64,000 nucleotides of DNA from Opitutaceae bacterium (GTDB lineage: Bacteria > Verrucomicrobiota > Verrucomicrobiia > Opitutales > Opitutaceae): contig DASXYY010000029.1 in NCBI GenBank assembly GCA_036502225.1, positions 14,151-78,150 on the forward strand, in the 5' to 3' direction. Below are positions 1-8,333 of the stretch, piece after piece (position 1 is the stretch's first letter; each line of letters begins with the position of its first letter). Under the pieces are notes generated by a model. That model saw only the letters and a list, made by a program, of their open reading frames with translations. It made no database searches and was not told where the DNA came from. A program made the position numbers and the translations under genes.

Positions 1-264
1 CAGCCCACCATCCAGGGGCCGCCGCAATATCCGTTTGAAATGCGCCGCGCCGGCATTTCCGGCACGGTGACGGTGGACTTCATTGTCGATGCCCAGGGCA
101 ACGTGCGCAACGCGTACGCGGTCAACTCGACCCAGCGTGAATTCGAAAACAACGCCGTTGTCGCGGTTTCCAAGTGGCATTTCCGTCCCGGTCAAAAAGG
201 CGGCCACGCCGTCGCCACGCACATGCAGGTGCCGGTCGTCTTCTCGCTGAATAATTCCGACTAA
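1..264 (+). CDS. TonB-family energy transducer, C-terminal domain (5' end outside window)
   Basis: Frame 1 is open from base 1 to TAA 262-264. YPFEMRRAGISGTVTVDFIVDAQGNV...AVSKWHFRPG is a typical TonB C-terminal domain signature. Confidence 0.8.
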   Translation, partial: QPTIQGPPQYPFEMRRAGISGTVTVDFIVDAQGNVRNAYAVNSTQREFENNAVVAVSKWHFRPGQKGGHAVATHMQVPVVFSLNNSD

Positions 265-270
265 CGTCCA

Positions 271-1755
271 ATGGTTTTTTCGCGTCACGTCCTTTCGCGT
301 CCGATTCGTATTTGTCTGGCACTCGTTTCGCTCGCTTCATTGAGCGCCCTGCGGTGCGCCGCCGACTCAGGCGGCGGCAACGCCAGCACCCCGATGCCGG
401 ACCTCGAGGAAGATACGAGCAACCAGCTCAAGGCGCTGCAGCCGGTGGTCGATGCCGCCGAAGCCGCGACCACGAATCACGACAATCAGCTGGCCGCCGA
501 AAAATGGGGGCAGGCGGTCGACCTTTTGCAGGCGCTGCTGCCCAAGACCAAGGACGGCAGTTACGACCGGTTTGTCGTCTCCGATACGCTCGGCAAGATT
601 CTCTGGCAGGGCAAGAACGACCCCGGTTCGGCTGCCGATCTGTTTGAGTCGGTCATGCAGATGCTGGACCAGCATCCCAACTTCCTGCCGCCCAAGGACC
701 GTCTGGAACACCTTAAATGGGTGGGGCAGGCTTATTACCAGAAGGCCACCGGGCTCAAGCACGACCCGGCCGGGGTCAAGGCCGCCAACGAAAAGGCGCT
801 CTACTTTCTCCGCGAGTACCTGCAGCAGGCCAAGCCGCCGGAGGCGAACGACGAGATGCTGTATTCCATGATCGAATACAGCATGGGCACGATCGACCAG
901 AAGAATCCCGACAAGGCCCTGGTCGCCGATGCGGAAAAGCACACCCGCTATGCGCTGACCCTGGCCACCCATCCGAAGGCCGACCTTTACACCCTCCTGG
1001 TCGCCGAGCTGCTGGCCGAAAACAATTATCGGGACGCCGCCGATTACATCGAACTCCTGGTCAGCCTGAAACCCATGCAGCGCGACCTGTGGGATCAGCT
1101 GTGGTCCGTCTACAACCAGCTCGCCATCGCGGCGCTCAACAATGACGACGAGGCGCTCCAGCGCGAATACCTGGCCAAGGCGATCCTGGCGATCGAGCGC
1201 GCCCAGAAAATGGGCTACCTGAACAAGCCGGCCGACAACTACAACCTCGTCACTCTCTACAGCGCCGCGGGCCAGACCCAGACGGCGACAAAGATCATGG
1301 ATGCCGATCTGCACAACGGCACGATCGTTTCCAATCCCATGAACTGGGAATATCTCTCCAGCTTTTACCTGCAGATCGACAAGCCGAACGAGGCGATCAA
1401 TTCGCTCAAGGATGCGCTCGATCGTTTCCCGGACAATAGCGATCTGGCCCTGGAATTGGCGCAGTACTACACTCAGCAGCTCAATACCGCAATGACCTTC
1501 AAATATGCCAACTTGGCGATCGAGAAGGACCATTTCTCGCGGATGAAGGCGTGGCAGGCTGAGCAGATGAAGGCCTACGCCGCGTACGAATTGCAGAAGT
1601 ACGACGACGCCCTGGATGCCGTGAACAAGGCGTTGGACGAGCAGCCCTCGGAACCCAATCCCTCCGACGTCAAGGGTCTGCACCAATTCAGGGGAGCCAT
1701 CGAAGCCGCCATCAAGCAGCGCGATACGCTCAAGAAGACCAATACGGTCCAATAA
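271..1755 (+). CDS. secreted TPR-like helical-repeat protein, function unknown
   Basis: ATG at 271, 7 nt after the TonB stop. Signal-like N-terminus ICLALVSLASLSALRCAA. Repeated A/L/Y-rich helical units, e.g. AEQMKAYAAYELQKYDDALDAVNKALD. Confidence 0.6.
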   Translation: MVFSRHVLSRPIRICLALVSLASLSALRCAADSGGGNASTPMPDLEEDTSNQLKALQPVVDAAEAATTNHDNQLAAEKWGQAVDLLQALLPKTKDGSYDRFVVSDTLGKILWQGKNDPGSAADLFESVMQMLDQHPNFLPPKDRLEHLKWVGQAYYQKATGLKHDPAGVKAANEKALYFLREYLQQAKPPEANDEMLYSMIEYSMGTIDQKNPDKALVADAEKHTRYALTLATHPKADLYTLLVAELLAENNYRDAADYIELLVSLKPMQRDLWDQLWSVYNQLAIAALNNDDEALQREYLAKAILAIERAQKMGYLNKPADNYNLVTLYSAAGQTQTATKIMDADLHNGTIVSNPMNWEYLSSFYLQIDKPNEAINSLKDALDRFPDNSDLALELAQYYTQQLNTAMTFKYANLAIEKDHFSRMKAWQAEQMKAYAAYELQKYDDALDAVNKALDEQPSEPNPSDVKGLHQFRGAIEAAIKQRDTLKKTNTVQ

Positions 1756-1776
1756 ATTTCTTCGATTTCCACCTCC

Positions 1777-2331
1777 ATGACGAAAAGCAAGCAATCGAGC
1801 CTCGCGTACTTTCTGGTGCCTGGGGTTTTTCTGATCATCTTCATCTTTATCTACGTTCGCTTCGACCAGGGCTACCAAGCCCGCGAGGCGGCTGCGAAGG
1901 CCGCGGAGAAGGCCGAGATCCAACAGAAGATTGCGGCTGAAAACGCCAGTCGCGAAGAGGCGGTCAAGCTGGCCGTCGCCGAAGGCGCTCGCCGCAAGGC
2001 CGAGCACGAGGCGAAGGAAAAGGCCGACCAGAAGCGCCGCGACGACATGCAGGCGGCCTTCCAGGCCCGCGACAAGGCCCAGATCGACGATGCCAATCAA
2101 AAGGACCGGGTGGAACAGCTGAAGCGAGGCGTTGCCACGGCGACGACCGAGGTCAATCACCTCAAGACCGACATTGCCCAGCTCGATCAGCAGATGTCCG
2201 CGGTGGAATCGGTTCAAAAGGCGGCTGAGACGAACGCCCAGCAGATGAGCCAGGTGCTCGATCAGATCGATGCGGCCGACAAGGCCAATGCTCTGGCTGC
2301 CGCCGAAGCCGCCAAGAAGAAGTCCACCTAA
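1777..2331 (+). CDS. single-pass membrane-anchored coiled-coil protein
   Basis: ATG at 1777. N-terminal TM segment LAYFLVPGVFLIIFIFIYV, then about 150 aa of K/E/A/Q-rich coiled-coil-like sequence. Confidence 0.5.
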   Translation: MTKSKQSSLAYFLVPGVFLIIFIFIYVRFDQGYQAREAAAKAAEKAEIQQKIAAENASREEAVKLAVAEGARRKAEHEAKEKADQKRRDDMQAAFQARDKAQIDDANQKDRVEQLKRGVATATTEVNHLKTDIAQLDQQMSAVESVQKAAETNAQQMSQVLDQIDAADKANALAAAEAAKKKST

Positions 2332-2369
2332 CCCGGTCCCTGTCCGACTCAACACTCTCCCCACTTCCG

Positions 2370-2903
2370 ATGAGAAAATGGATGTTTTTGATCTGCCCCG
2401 TCGTCATGCTGGCTGTTTTTCTGGTATTTTACATCCAGAGCCAGAATCGCCTGGAGGCAGCCGAACACGCCCGTAACGAGGCCAAAGCCAGGCAAGACGC
2501 GGCCGACGATGCGAGGAAGAGCGAAGCCGAAGCCAACGCGCGAAAGGCCGCCGCTGAGCGCCGCATACAAACTCAAAAGGAAGACGCCGACAAGGAGGCC
2601 GCCCGGCTCGCCAAGTACCAGGCGCAGCTCGACGAAGTGCTGAACAAGGAAAAGACCTATCGCGACGAAGCCAATGCCCGGTCCAACGAGGCCTCAGATC
2701 TTGAGGTGAAGCTGGACAGCCTTCACCACGAGCGCGACGAACTGAACCAGCACTACTTTGACACTCTGAAGTCGCTGGAACTGACGCGCATCAAGGAGCG
2801 CGATGCGGAGCTCGACATCCAACGGATGGTCACCCGCATCACGCAGAGGGCAGAGAACAGCCAGATGATTCAGATGCCGGCCCTGCCCCCGACCGAGCGT
2901 TAG
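2370..2903 (+). CDS. single-pass membrane-anchored coiled-coil protein (same architecture as 1777-2331)
   Basis: ATG at 2370. TM segment FLICPVVMLAVFLVFYI, then a charged coiled-coil-like region. Confidence 0.5.
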   Translation: MRKWMFLICPVVMLAVFLVFYIQSQNRLEAAEHARNEAKARQDAADDARKSEAEANARKAAAERRIQTQKEDADKEAARLAKYQAQLDEVLNKEKTYRDEANARSNEASDLEVKLDSLHHERDELNQHYFDTLKSLELTRIKERDAELDIQRMVTRITQRAENSQMIQMPALPPTER

Positions 2904-3397
2904 CTCGCGGTCTCGCGGCGGGTGCCGCTGAATTCAACCATGTGGCCGACATCGGCGTAGCCCATCGCCTTCAGCTGCTCTTCGACCTTGGAGAGGGCGA
3001 GGGCGAGCTCGGCGGCGGGTTCGCCGGCGATTTCGTCCATGCGGCGGGTCTGCTTGCACACCACATGATAGCGGGTCGGACGGCCCAGATTCAAGGCATA
3101 CAGGCAGGTGCCGTCGACCACCAGGGCGCGACGGACCAGACGGATGTCCTCGAATGCCGAAATGCAGCGATATACTGTAACCAAATCGCATTTATCGGCG
3201 CCCACGGTTTCGTGGATCTGTTCGATACTGGCGGGTTCGGACCGGGCAATCAGGGCCTCCAGAATGGCCAAACGGGGGCGCGTAATGCGCAAACCGGCGG
3301 ACTTCAGGTGGGAGCACGCGGCCTCCATCGGACTTTGGGTCGGGGCCGTGGCTTTGACGTTTGCCAGGGCCTCGTTAGGCTGGTGGGATGCAATCAT
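2900..3397 (-). CDS. Fur-family transcriptional regulator (atypical, lacks CxxC pairs)
   Basis: Winged-helix segment LKSAGLRITRPRLAILEALI...IEQIHETV is typical of Fur/Zur/PerR. ATG at 3397 is preferred; the track ORF begins at a TTG at 3433. Confidence 0.7.
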   Translation of the reverse strand: MIASHQPNEALANVKATAPTQSPMEAACSHLKSAGLRITRPRLAILEALIARSEPASIEQIHETVGADKCDLVTVYRCISAFEDIRLVRRALVVDGTCLYALNLGRPTRYHVVCKQTRRMDEIAGEPAAELALALSKVEEQLKAMGYADVGHMVEFSGTRRETAS

Positions 3398-3461
3398 GTT
3401 GAAGCAATGAGTCGTTGACAGAAACGTTACCAAGCTGCGGATGCGAGTTTATATTTGATCG

Positions 3462-3902
3462 ATGCAAGACTCTGAATTTGCCGACGTGGTCGTCCTAATT
3501 TGCAAGGACGACCCGCGCTTTAACCGCAAGGCTTACGAGTTCGTGCGCTTGGGCTTAGATCACACTGTCAAAGACTTAAAGAAGCGGGCGGGCGATCGAA
3601 CCGAGAAATCCCGACACGTGAGCGGCAAGGAGCTGCTCGACGGCTTGCGGGGGTTTGCCTTGGAGCAATTTGGCCCGATGGCCAAGACCGTTCTCAACTC
3701 CTGGGGGGTCACCCGTTGCCGGGATTTTGGCGATATCGTCTTTAATTTGATCGAATACAAAGTGTTCAGTAAAACCGACACCGACCGGCAGGAAGATTTC
3801 GATACCCTCTATGACTTCGACGAAGCATTCGTGAAGCCATTTTTGCCGTCCAGCCGGCCCCGGGGCAGCGGTCCTCAAACCGAAACCTTGGAGACCGCTT
3901 GA
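3462..3902 (+). CDS. conserved hypothetical protein, resembles the Planctomycetes/Verrucomicrobia-restricted Minf_1886 family (recollection of TIGR04138)
   Basis: ATG at 3462, 146 aa. Contains KAYEFVRLGLDHTV...HVSGKELLDGLRGFALEQFGPMAKTVLNSWGV. Its stop overlaps the TTG start of the M16 peptidase (TTGA). Confidence 0.5.
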   Translation: MQDSEFADVVVLICKDDPRFNRKAYEFVRLGLDHTVKDLKKRAGDRTEKSRHVSGKELLDGLRGFALEQFGPMAKTVLNSWGVTRCRDFGDIVFNLIEYKVFSKTDTDRQEDFDTLYDFDEAFVKPFLPSSRPRGSGPQTETLETA

Positions 3903-6514
3903 GCCTCCTCGAACGTTTTTGGCGCGAGCCGGTGCTCCGCACGGTGCTGCCGAATGGGCTGACCGTCATCATCAAAAGGGACGCGTCGGCGGCGCTGGCC
4001 TCCGTGCAAGTCTGGGTCAAGACCGGCAGCATTCACGAGGGCGACCAACTTGGCGCCGGGTTGTCACATTACCTGGAGCATATGCTGTTCAAGGGAACCG
4101 AACGGCGAGCTGGCCGGGAAATCTCTGCGACAGTGCAAGCTCATGGCGGTTACATCAACGCGTACACCACCTTTGACCGCACGGTCTATTATATCGATTT
4201 GCCGAGCGAACACACGGCGATGGCGGTCGATTTGCTGGCGGACGCGGTGCTGAGTTCCACCCTGCCGGAGGGCGAAGTGGCGAAGGAAAAGGAAGTGATC
4301 ATGCGCGAAATCGCCATGACGCGCGACGATCCCGACGATCGCCTGTGGCAGGCGATGTTCGCCACGGCGTTTCGCGAGCATCCGTATCGCTTTCCCGTCA
4401 TCGGCCATCGCGAATTGTTTGCCGGCAACGAGCGGGGTGAGCTCGAGGGTTACTACCGCTCGCGCTATGTGCCGAACAATCTGGTGGTGGTGATCGTGGG
4501 GGGGATCGATCCGGATGAGACTCTCAAGGTGGTCGAGGAGAAATTTGGCGGACGTTCGCGCGGGCGCCTTCGTCCCGTGCTGGTGACCGAAGAACCCCTG
4601 CAGCTGGGGCCGCGTGAATTGCATGTGACGGAGGACGTCGAAATCGTCCGCGCGGCCATCGCGTGGCAGGTGCCGGGCCTCACGCATGCGGATGCGCCGG
4701 TGCTCGATCTGCTGGCGATGGTGCTCGGGCACGGCGACAGCTCGATCCTGTGGCAGGAGCTGCGGGAAAAAGCCAAAGTGGTGCACACGATCGATGCGTC
4801 GTGCTGGAACCCGGGCACGAGCGGGCTGTTCTGCGTTTCCTTCACCTCGGAGTCGGGCAACCGGGAAAAGGCGGAGGCGGTGCTGGACAAGGTCCTCAAG
4901 CGCTGCGCGGTCAAGGGATTCAAGGCGCAGGACATCAAACAGGCGGTGCGCCAATTGATCGCCAACGAAGTGGCCTCCCGGCAAACGATGAGCGGACAGG
5001 CCAGCCGGCTCGGCGCGGCCGAAGTGGTCGCGGGGGATCTGCATTTCAGCCAGCAGTACTTCGAGCGGCTCGAACGCGTGACCGCGGCGCAGCTCAAGCA
5101 GGCGCTGAAGAAGTACCTGGTGCGGCAGACGCGGACGGCCGTGTCGTCGAATCCGATGGAGGCCAAAGCGGCCATCGCCACGGCGCCAAAGGCGACGGGC
5201 AAGGCCTCTCGAAAAAAAGCGGAATCCGTCGGGGAATTCGAACTGGTCACTTTGAAGAACGGCGCCCGCCTGCTGCTGCAGCAGGAAAAACGCCTTCCTC
5301 AAGTCCACCTTCGCATGGTCTGGCAGGGCGGCCCGGGTTTTGAAGATCCCGCGAAACGGGGCACTTCCGGGCTGGTCTCCACGCTGCTGAGCAAGGACAC
5401 GAAGCGGCGGTCGGCGGCCGAGGTGGCGCGTTACATCGAGTCGGTGGGCGGCTCCTTTTATCCTTTCAGCGGCAACAACAGCCTGGGTCTCGCGGTGGAA
5501 GTTCTGCCACCGGATTGGCTGCGGGCAGTCAGTGTGCTGAGTGACGCCGCGCTCGCGCCGGCTTTCCGGGCCGACACGTTCGCGGTGGAAAAGGAAGCGC
5601 AGCTTGCCGGTTTGCGCCAGGATCTGGACGACGTGGTCACCGAGGGGAGGAAGCTGCTGCGGAGGAAATTCTTCGGCGATCATCCCATGGGCATCGACGC
5701 AAACGGGACGGTGGAAGGCGTGGAGAAGCTGGCCGCCGGCGACATCGCGGCCCAGTACGGACGCCTGAATTTCGGATCGAACGTGGTGATTGCGGTCGCC
5801 GGGGATTTTGAGCCCAAGGCGGTGAAGCCGAAGCTGACGGCGCTTTTGGAGAAGGTGACAGTTGGCGCTGTAGCCGGGGGCGGGGACCCCGGCAAGAGCG
5901 CCATCAAACGCGGAAAAGCGCGTGGGGACCACGCGCTCCACCTTCGGCGACTGGGCCAACCCGGCGACTTCGTGGAAATTCGCGACAAGGAGCAGGCCGT
6001 CGTCCTGCGCGGCTACCCCGGCCCGGCGCTTCACACTCCCGACTACTACGTCAGCGAAGTCGCCGATGAACTGTTCAGCGGCATGGCCTCGCAACTGTTC
6101 GAGCGGGTGCGCGAAGAGAAGAGCCTGGCGTACTTTGTCCGCTCCTCCCGGGTCACCAGTTTGGATACGGCCATGTTCTCGTTCCTCGCCGGAACCAAGC
6201 CGGGGCGCGAAGACGAGGTGCTCGCCGAAATCGATATCGAGATCGAACGCGTCCAGACCGGGAAGGTCGAGGAAGCGGAGCTGCGCCGCTGCCAGGCCCG
6301 GCTCAAGGCGGGCCGCCGTCAAAGCCTTCAGACTAACGCGGCGCGGGCGCTGCACGCTTCGCTGAATGCGCTGCAGGGGCTGCCGATTGACGATTGGAAG
6401 AACTACGACGCGCGCATCGAGGCGGTGACGATCGCGGACTTGGCCGCGTTCGCGATGAAGTACCTCGTTCGCGCGCAAGCGACGCAGCTGGTGGTGCGCC
6501 CCAAGCCAGCCTGA
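3899..6514 (+). CDS. M16-family zinc peptidase, two tandem insulinase-like units fused (871 aa)
   Basis: HxxEH zinc motif in GLSHYLEHMLFKGT near the N-terminus. A second M16-like unit starts near EFELVTLKNGARLL. TTG start at 3899. Carries an in-frame repeat at 5870-5942. Confidence 0.85.
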   Translation: MSLLERFWREPVLRTVLPNGLTVIIKRDASAALASVQVWVKTGSIHEGDQLGAGLSHYLEHMLFKGTERRAGREISATVQAHGGYINAYTTFDRTVYYIDLPSEHTAMAVDLLADAVLSSTLPEGEVAKEKEVIMREIAMTRDDPDDRLWQAMFATAFREHPYRFPVIGHRELFAGNERGELEGYYRSRYVPNNLVVVIVGGIDPDETLKVVEEKFGGRSRGRLRPVLVTEEPLQLGPRELHVTEDVEIVRAAIAWQVPGLTHADAPVLDLLAMVLGHGDSSILWQELREKAKVVHTIDASCWNPGTSGLFCVSFTSESGNREKAEAVLDKVLKRCAVKGFKAQDIKQAVRQLIANEVASRQTMSGQASRLGAAEVVAGDLHFSQQYFERLERVTAAQLKQALKKYLVRQTRTAVSSNPMEAKAAIATAPKATGKASRKKAESVGEFELVTLKNGARLLLQQEKRLPQVHLRMVWQGGPGFEDPAKRGTSGLVSTLLSKDTKRRSAAEVARYIESVGGSFYPFSGNNSLGLAVEVLPPDWLRAVSVLSDAALAPAFRADTFAVEKEAQLAGLRQDLDDVVTEGRKLLRRKFFGDHPMGIDANGTVEGVEKLAAGDIAAQYGRLNFGSNVVIAVAGDFEPKAVKPKLTALLEKVTVGAVAGGGDPGKSAIKRGKARGDHALHLRRLGQPGDFVEIRDKEQAVVLRGYPGPALHTPDYYVSEVADELFSGMASQLFERVREEKSLAYFVRSSRVTSLDTAMFSFLAGTKPGREDEVLAEIDIEIERVQTGKVEEAELRRCQARLKAGRRQSLQTNAARALHASLNALQGLPIDDWKNYDARIEAVTIADLAAFAMKYLVRAQATQLVVRPKPA
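5870..5942. repeat. mixed REP doublet (type B unit + type A unit) inside the M16 CDS
   Basis: GTAGCCGGGGGCGGGGACCCCGGC...ATCAAACGCGGAAAAGCGCGTGGGGACCACGCGCTCCACC, translated in the host frame as [25 protein letters not shown]. Confidence 0.85.
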
Positions 6515-6556
6515 CCGCCTCGGCGCATGGCGTGCGGCGCAGGAGCGAAATTGGCG

Positions 6557-6634
6557 GGTGGAGCGCATGGTCCCCATGCGCTTAAACCTCCGCCCGCATT
6601 TGGCGGCGAAGCGAGTGGGGGCTGCGCGCTTCAC
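6557..6634. repeat. type A REP doublet (long-spacer form), right arm degenerate
   Basis: GGTGGAGCGCATGGTCCCCATGCGCTTAAACCTCCGCCCGCATTTGGCGGCGAAGCGAGTGGGGGCTGCGCGCTTCAC. Confidence 0.8.
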
Positions 6635-6641
6635 TTTGCTT

Positions 6642-6712
6642 TAGCCGGGGGCGGTGACCCCGGCCGTTCCGCTTTTGACGTCGAACAGCGCGTGGGGACC
6701 ACGCGCTCCACC
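6642..6712. repeat. mixed REP doublet (type B-like unit + type A unit)
   Basis: TAGCCGGGGGCGGTGACCCCGGCC...TTTTGACGTCGAACAGCGCGTGGGGACCACGCGCTCCACC. It ends 2 nt before the GTG start of the DUF1573 gene. Confidence 0.8.
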
Positions 6713-6714
6713 TC

Positions 6715-7395
6715 GTGACGGGCCCCCGGCGGCAGCGAAACGCCGCCCGACTTTGGTTCGGGTTGATCATGGCGTGGGTTTGTGTGGGCGCCCGCGCTTC
6801 CACCCTCGACTGGCCGTCGACCGTCAGGGAAGTCCACGCTCTCGCCGGTGGTCCGGGCCCGGTGATCGAGTTTCCTTTCGTGAATGGCGGCGACAAGCCC
6901 GTCCATCTTGTCCGCGCGACAGTCAGCTGCAGCTGCGTAGCGGTGGAGTTGCCTGCGTCGCCAATTGCCCCCGGCCAGCGTTCCCGCGTCATCTTGCGCG
7001 TCCAATCGGTGCGCAACGTCGGCCAGCGTCACCTGGGCGCCGCGCTCTACCTCGACGGTGAACCGCAGCCCGTGATGCTTTCCGCGATCGTTGATGTGGA
7101 CCAAGGGGTGCGCTTCGAGCCGGCCTCGCTTTATTGGCCAGTGGACGGGTCGCCCGCCGCCACGCAGGTAGCCGAATTGGTCGCAGCGGAAGGAAAGAAG
7201 ATCGACTCCGTCGAAGCGGCGCCGAATGCCGCGTATTCAGTTCGGATGATTCGTTCGACTGATGATTCTTCCGTGCGTTTGGAAATCAGGCCGGCCGCTG
7301 CGCGGCCGCCCGCCGCATCGTCCGTGAAGGTCAAAGTCCAGCTGCGCGGCGGGAGCCGGGTCGAGGCGGAGCTTTGGTTGATTGTGAAATCGTAG
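6715..7395 (+). CDS. DUF1573 domain-containing secreted protein
   Basis: IEFPFVNGGDKPVHLVRATVSCSCVAVE matches the DUF1573 pattern (F.F.N.G..P..I......SC.C). A GTG start at 6715 gives a proper signal peptide (RRQRNAARLWFGLIMAWVCVGARA-S). An alternative ATG lies at 6769. Confidence 0.7.
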   Translation: MTGPRRQRNAARLWFGLIMAWVCVGARASTLDWPSTVREVHALAGGPGPVIEFPFVNGGDKPVHLVRATVSCSCVAVELPASPIAPGQRSRVILRVQSVRNVGQRHLGAALYLDGEPQPVMLSAIVDVDQGVRFEPASLYWPVDGSPAATQVAELVAAEGKKIDSVEAAPNAAYSVRMIRSTDDSSVRLEIRPAAARPPAASSVKVKVQLRGGSRVEAELWLIVKS

Positions 7396-7468
7396 GGTGG
7401 AGCGCGCGGTCCCTACGCGCTGCTCGATATCGAAAGCGGAAAAGCGCGTGGGGACCACGCGCTCCACC
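7396..7468. repeat. type A REP doublet (73-bp form)
   Basis: GGTGGAGCGCGCGGTCCCTACGCGC-TGCTCGATATCGAAAGCGGAAAA-GCGCGTGGGGACCACGCGCTCCACC. It fills the gap between two convergent stop codons exactly. Confidence 0.9.
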
Positions 7469-8307
7469 TACGGCGTCAGCCCGCCCGTCCACTTCAACTT
7501 GGCGCGCACCACGGCGAAATGCTCATAACTGGCCTTCTGAGCGAGCGATAGGCGCGTGCGGGCCATCTTGATTTTGATCGGCTTTTCGCTCTTCGCGATC
7601 GCGTCGCGCCGTCCGTCCCAGGAAACGAACAGGGCCTCCTCGGGCGACCGGTTGCGGACTTCGATTTTGACGTCGCCTCGAAAGATGATGGCGCGGTTGC
7701 TCAGCGTGTGCGGACAGATGGGCGTCATGGCGATCACGTCGGCGCACGGATGGATGATCGGCCCGCCCGCGGACAGGTTGTAGGCGGTTGAACCGGTGGC
7801 GGTGCTGAAAATCAGGCCGTCGCAAAGGTACTCCGTGACCAATTCACCATCGGCCCACACTTCCAGGCGAACGAGCCGGCTGTTCTCCTCAGCCTTGATC
7901 AGCACGTCGTTCAGCGCGAGGTCCTTGCCCTGGGAATTCCCGGGCACGTGGCAGTCCAGCATGGCGCGGCGGTCGACGCTGAATTCGCCCGCCAGCACCT
8001 TGGCAAACCCGGCGCGCGCCTCGTCCGCGGAAAACGTGGTCAAGAACCCGAGCGAACCGCGGTTGACGCCAATGATCGGAATACCCGCGAGCGCCGCCTC
8101 GCGCGCGGCTCCGAGCAGGGTGCCATCGCCGCCAATCACGCAGCAGGCATCCGCGCCCTTCAGGAATTTGGGCGCGAACGGGAAATGGCTCGTAAGGCGA
8201 ACGCGCGCGCCGCCGGCGCGCGAGATCGCCATGAGTTCGCGGGCGAGCGCCGGCGCGCCGGCCTTGCCGTCATTGACGACGAACGCGATGGACCGGAGGG
8301 ACTTCAT
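7468..8307 (-). CDS. nadK: NAD kinase
   Basis: GGDGTLL motif (VIGGDGTLLGAAREA) and NRGSLGFLT motif. ATG confirmed at 8307. Confidence 0.9.
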   Translation of the reverse strand: MKSLRSIAFVVNDGKAGAPALARELMAISRAGGARVRLTSHFPFAPKFLKGADACCVIGGDGTLLGAAREAALAGIPIIGVNRGSLGFLTTFSADEARAGFAKVLAGEFSVDRRAMLDCHVPGNSQGKDLALNDVLIKAEENSRLVRLEVWADGELVTEYLCDGLIFSTATGSTAYNLSAGGPIIHPCADVIAMTPICPHTLSNRAIIFRGDVKIEVRNRSPEEALFVSWDGRRDAIAKSEKPIKIKMARTRLSLAQKASYEHFAVVRAKLKWTGGLTP

Positions 8308-8333
8308 GGGGCGGGCGTACGTGAGATAACCCC

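Noticed and set aside
367-2364. 665-aa ORF on the minus strand
   Set aside because: It is antisense to three plus-strand genes that have a signal peptide, TM segments and coiled-coil features. Its Arg/Gly/Leu-rich, low-complexity translation is typical of antisense frames in GC-rich DNA, and I see no motif.
4064-6634. 856-aa ORF on the minus strand
   Set aside because: It is antisense to the M16 peptidase, which has the HxxEH motif. It is Arg/Pro-rich and its start lies inside a REP element.
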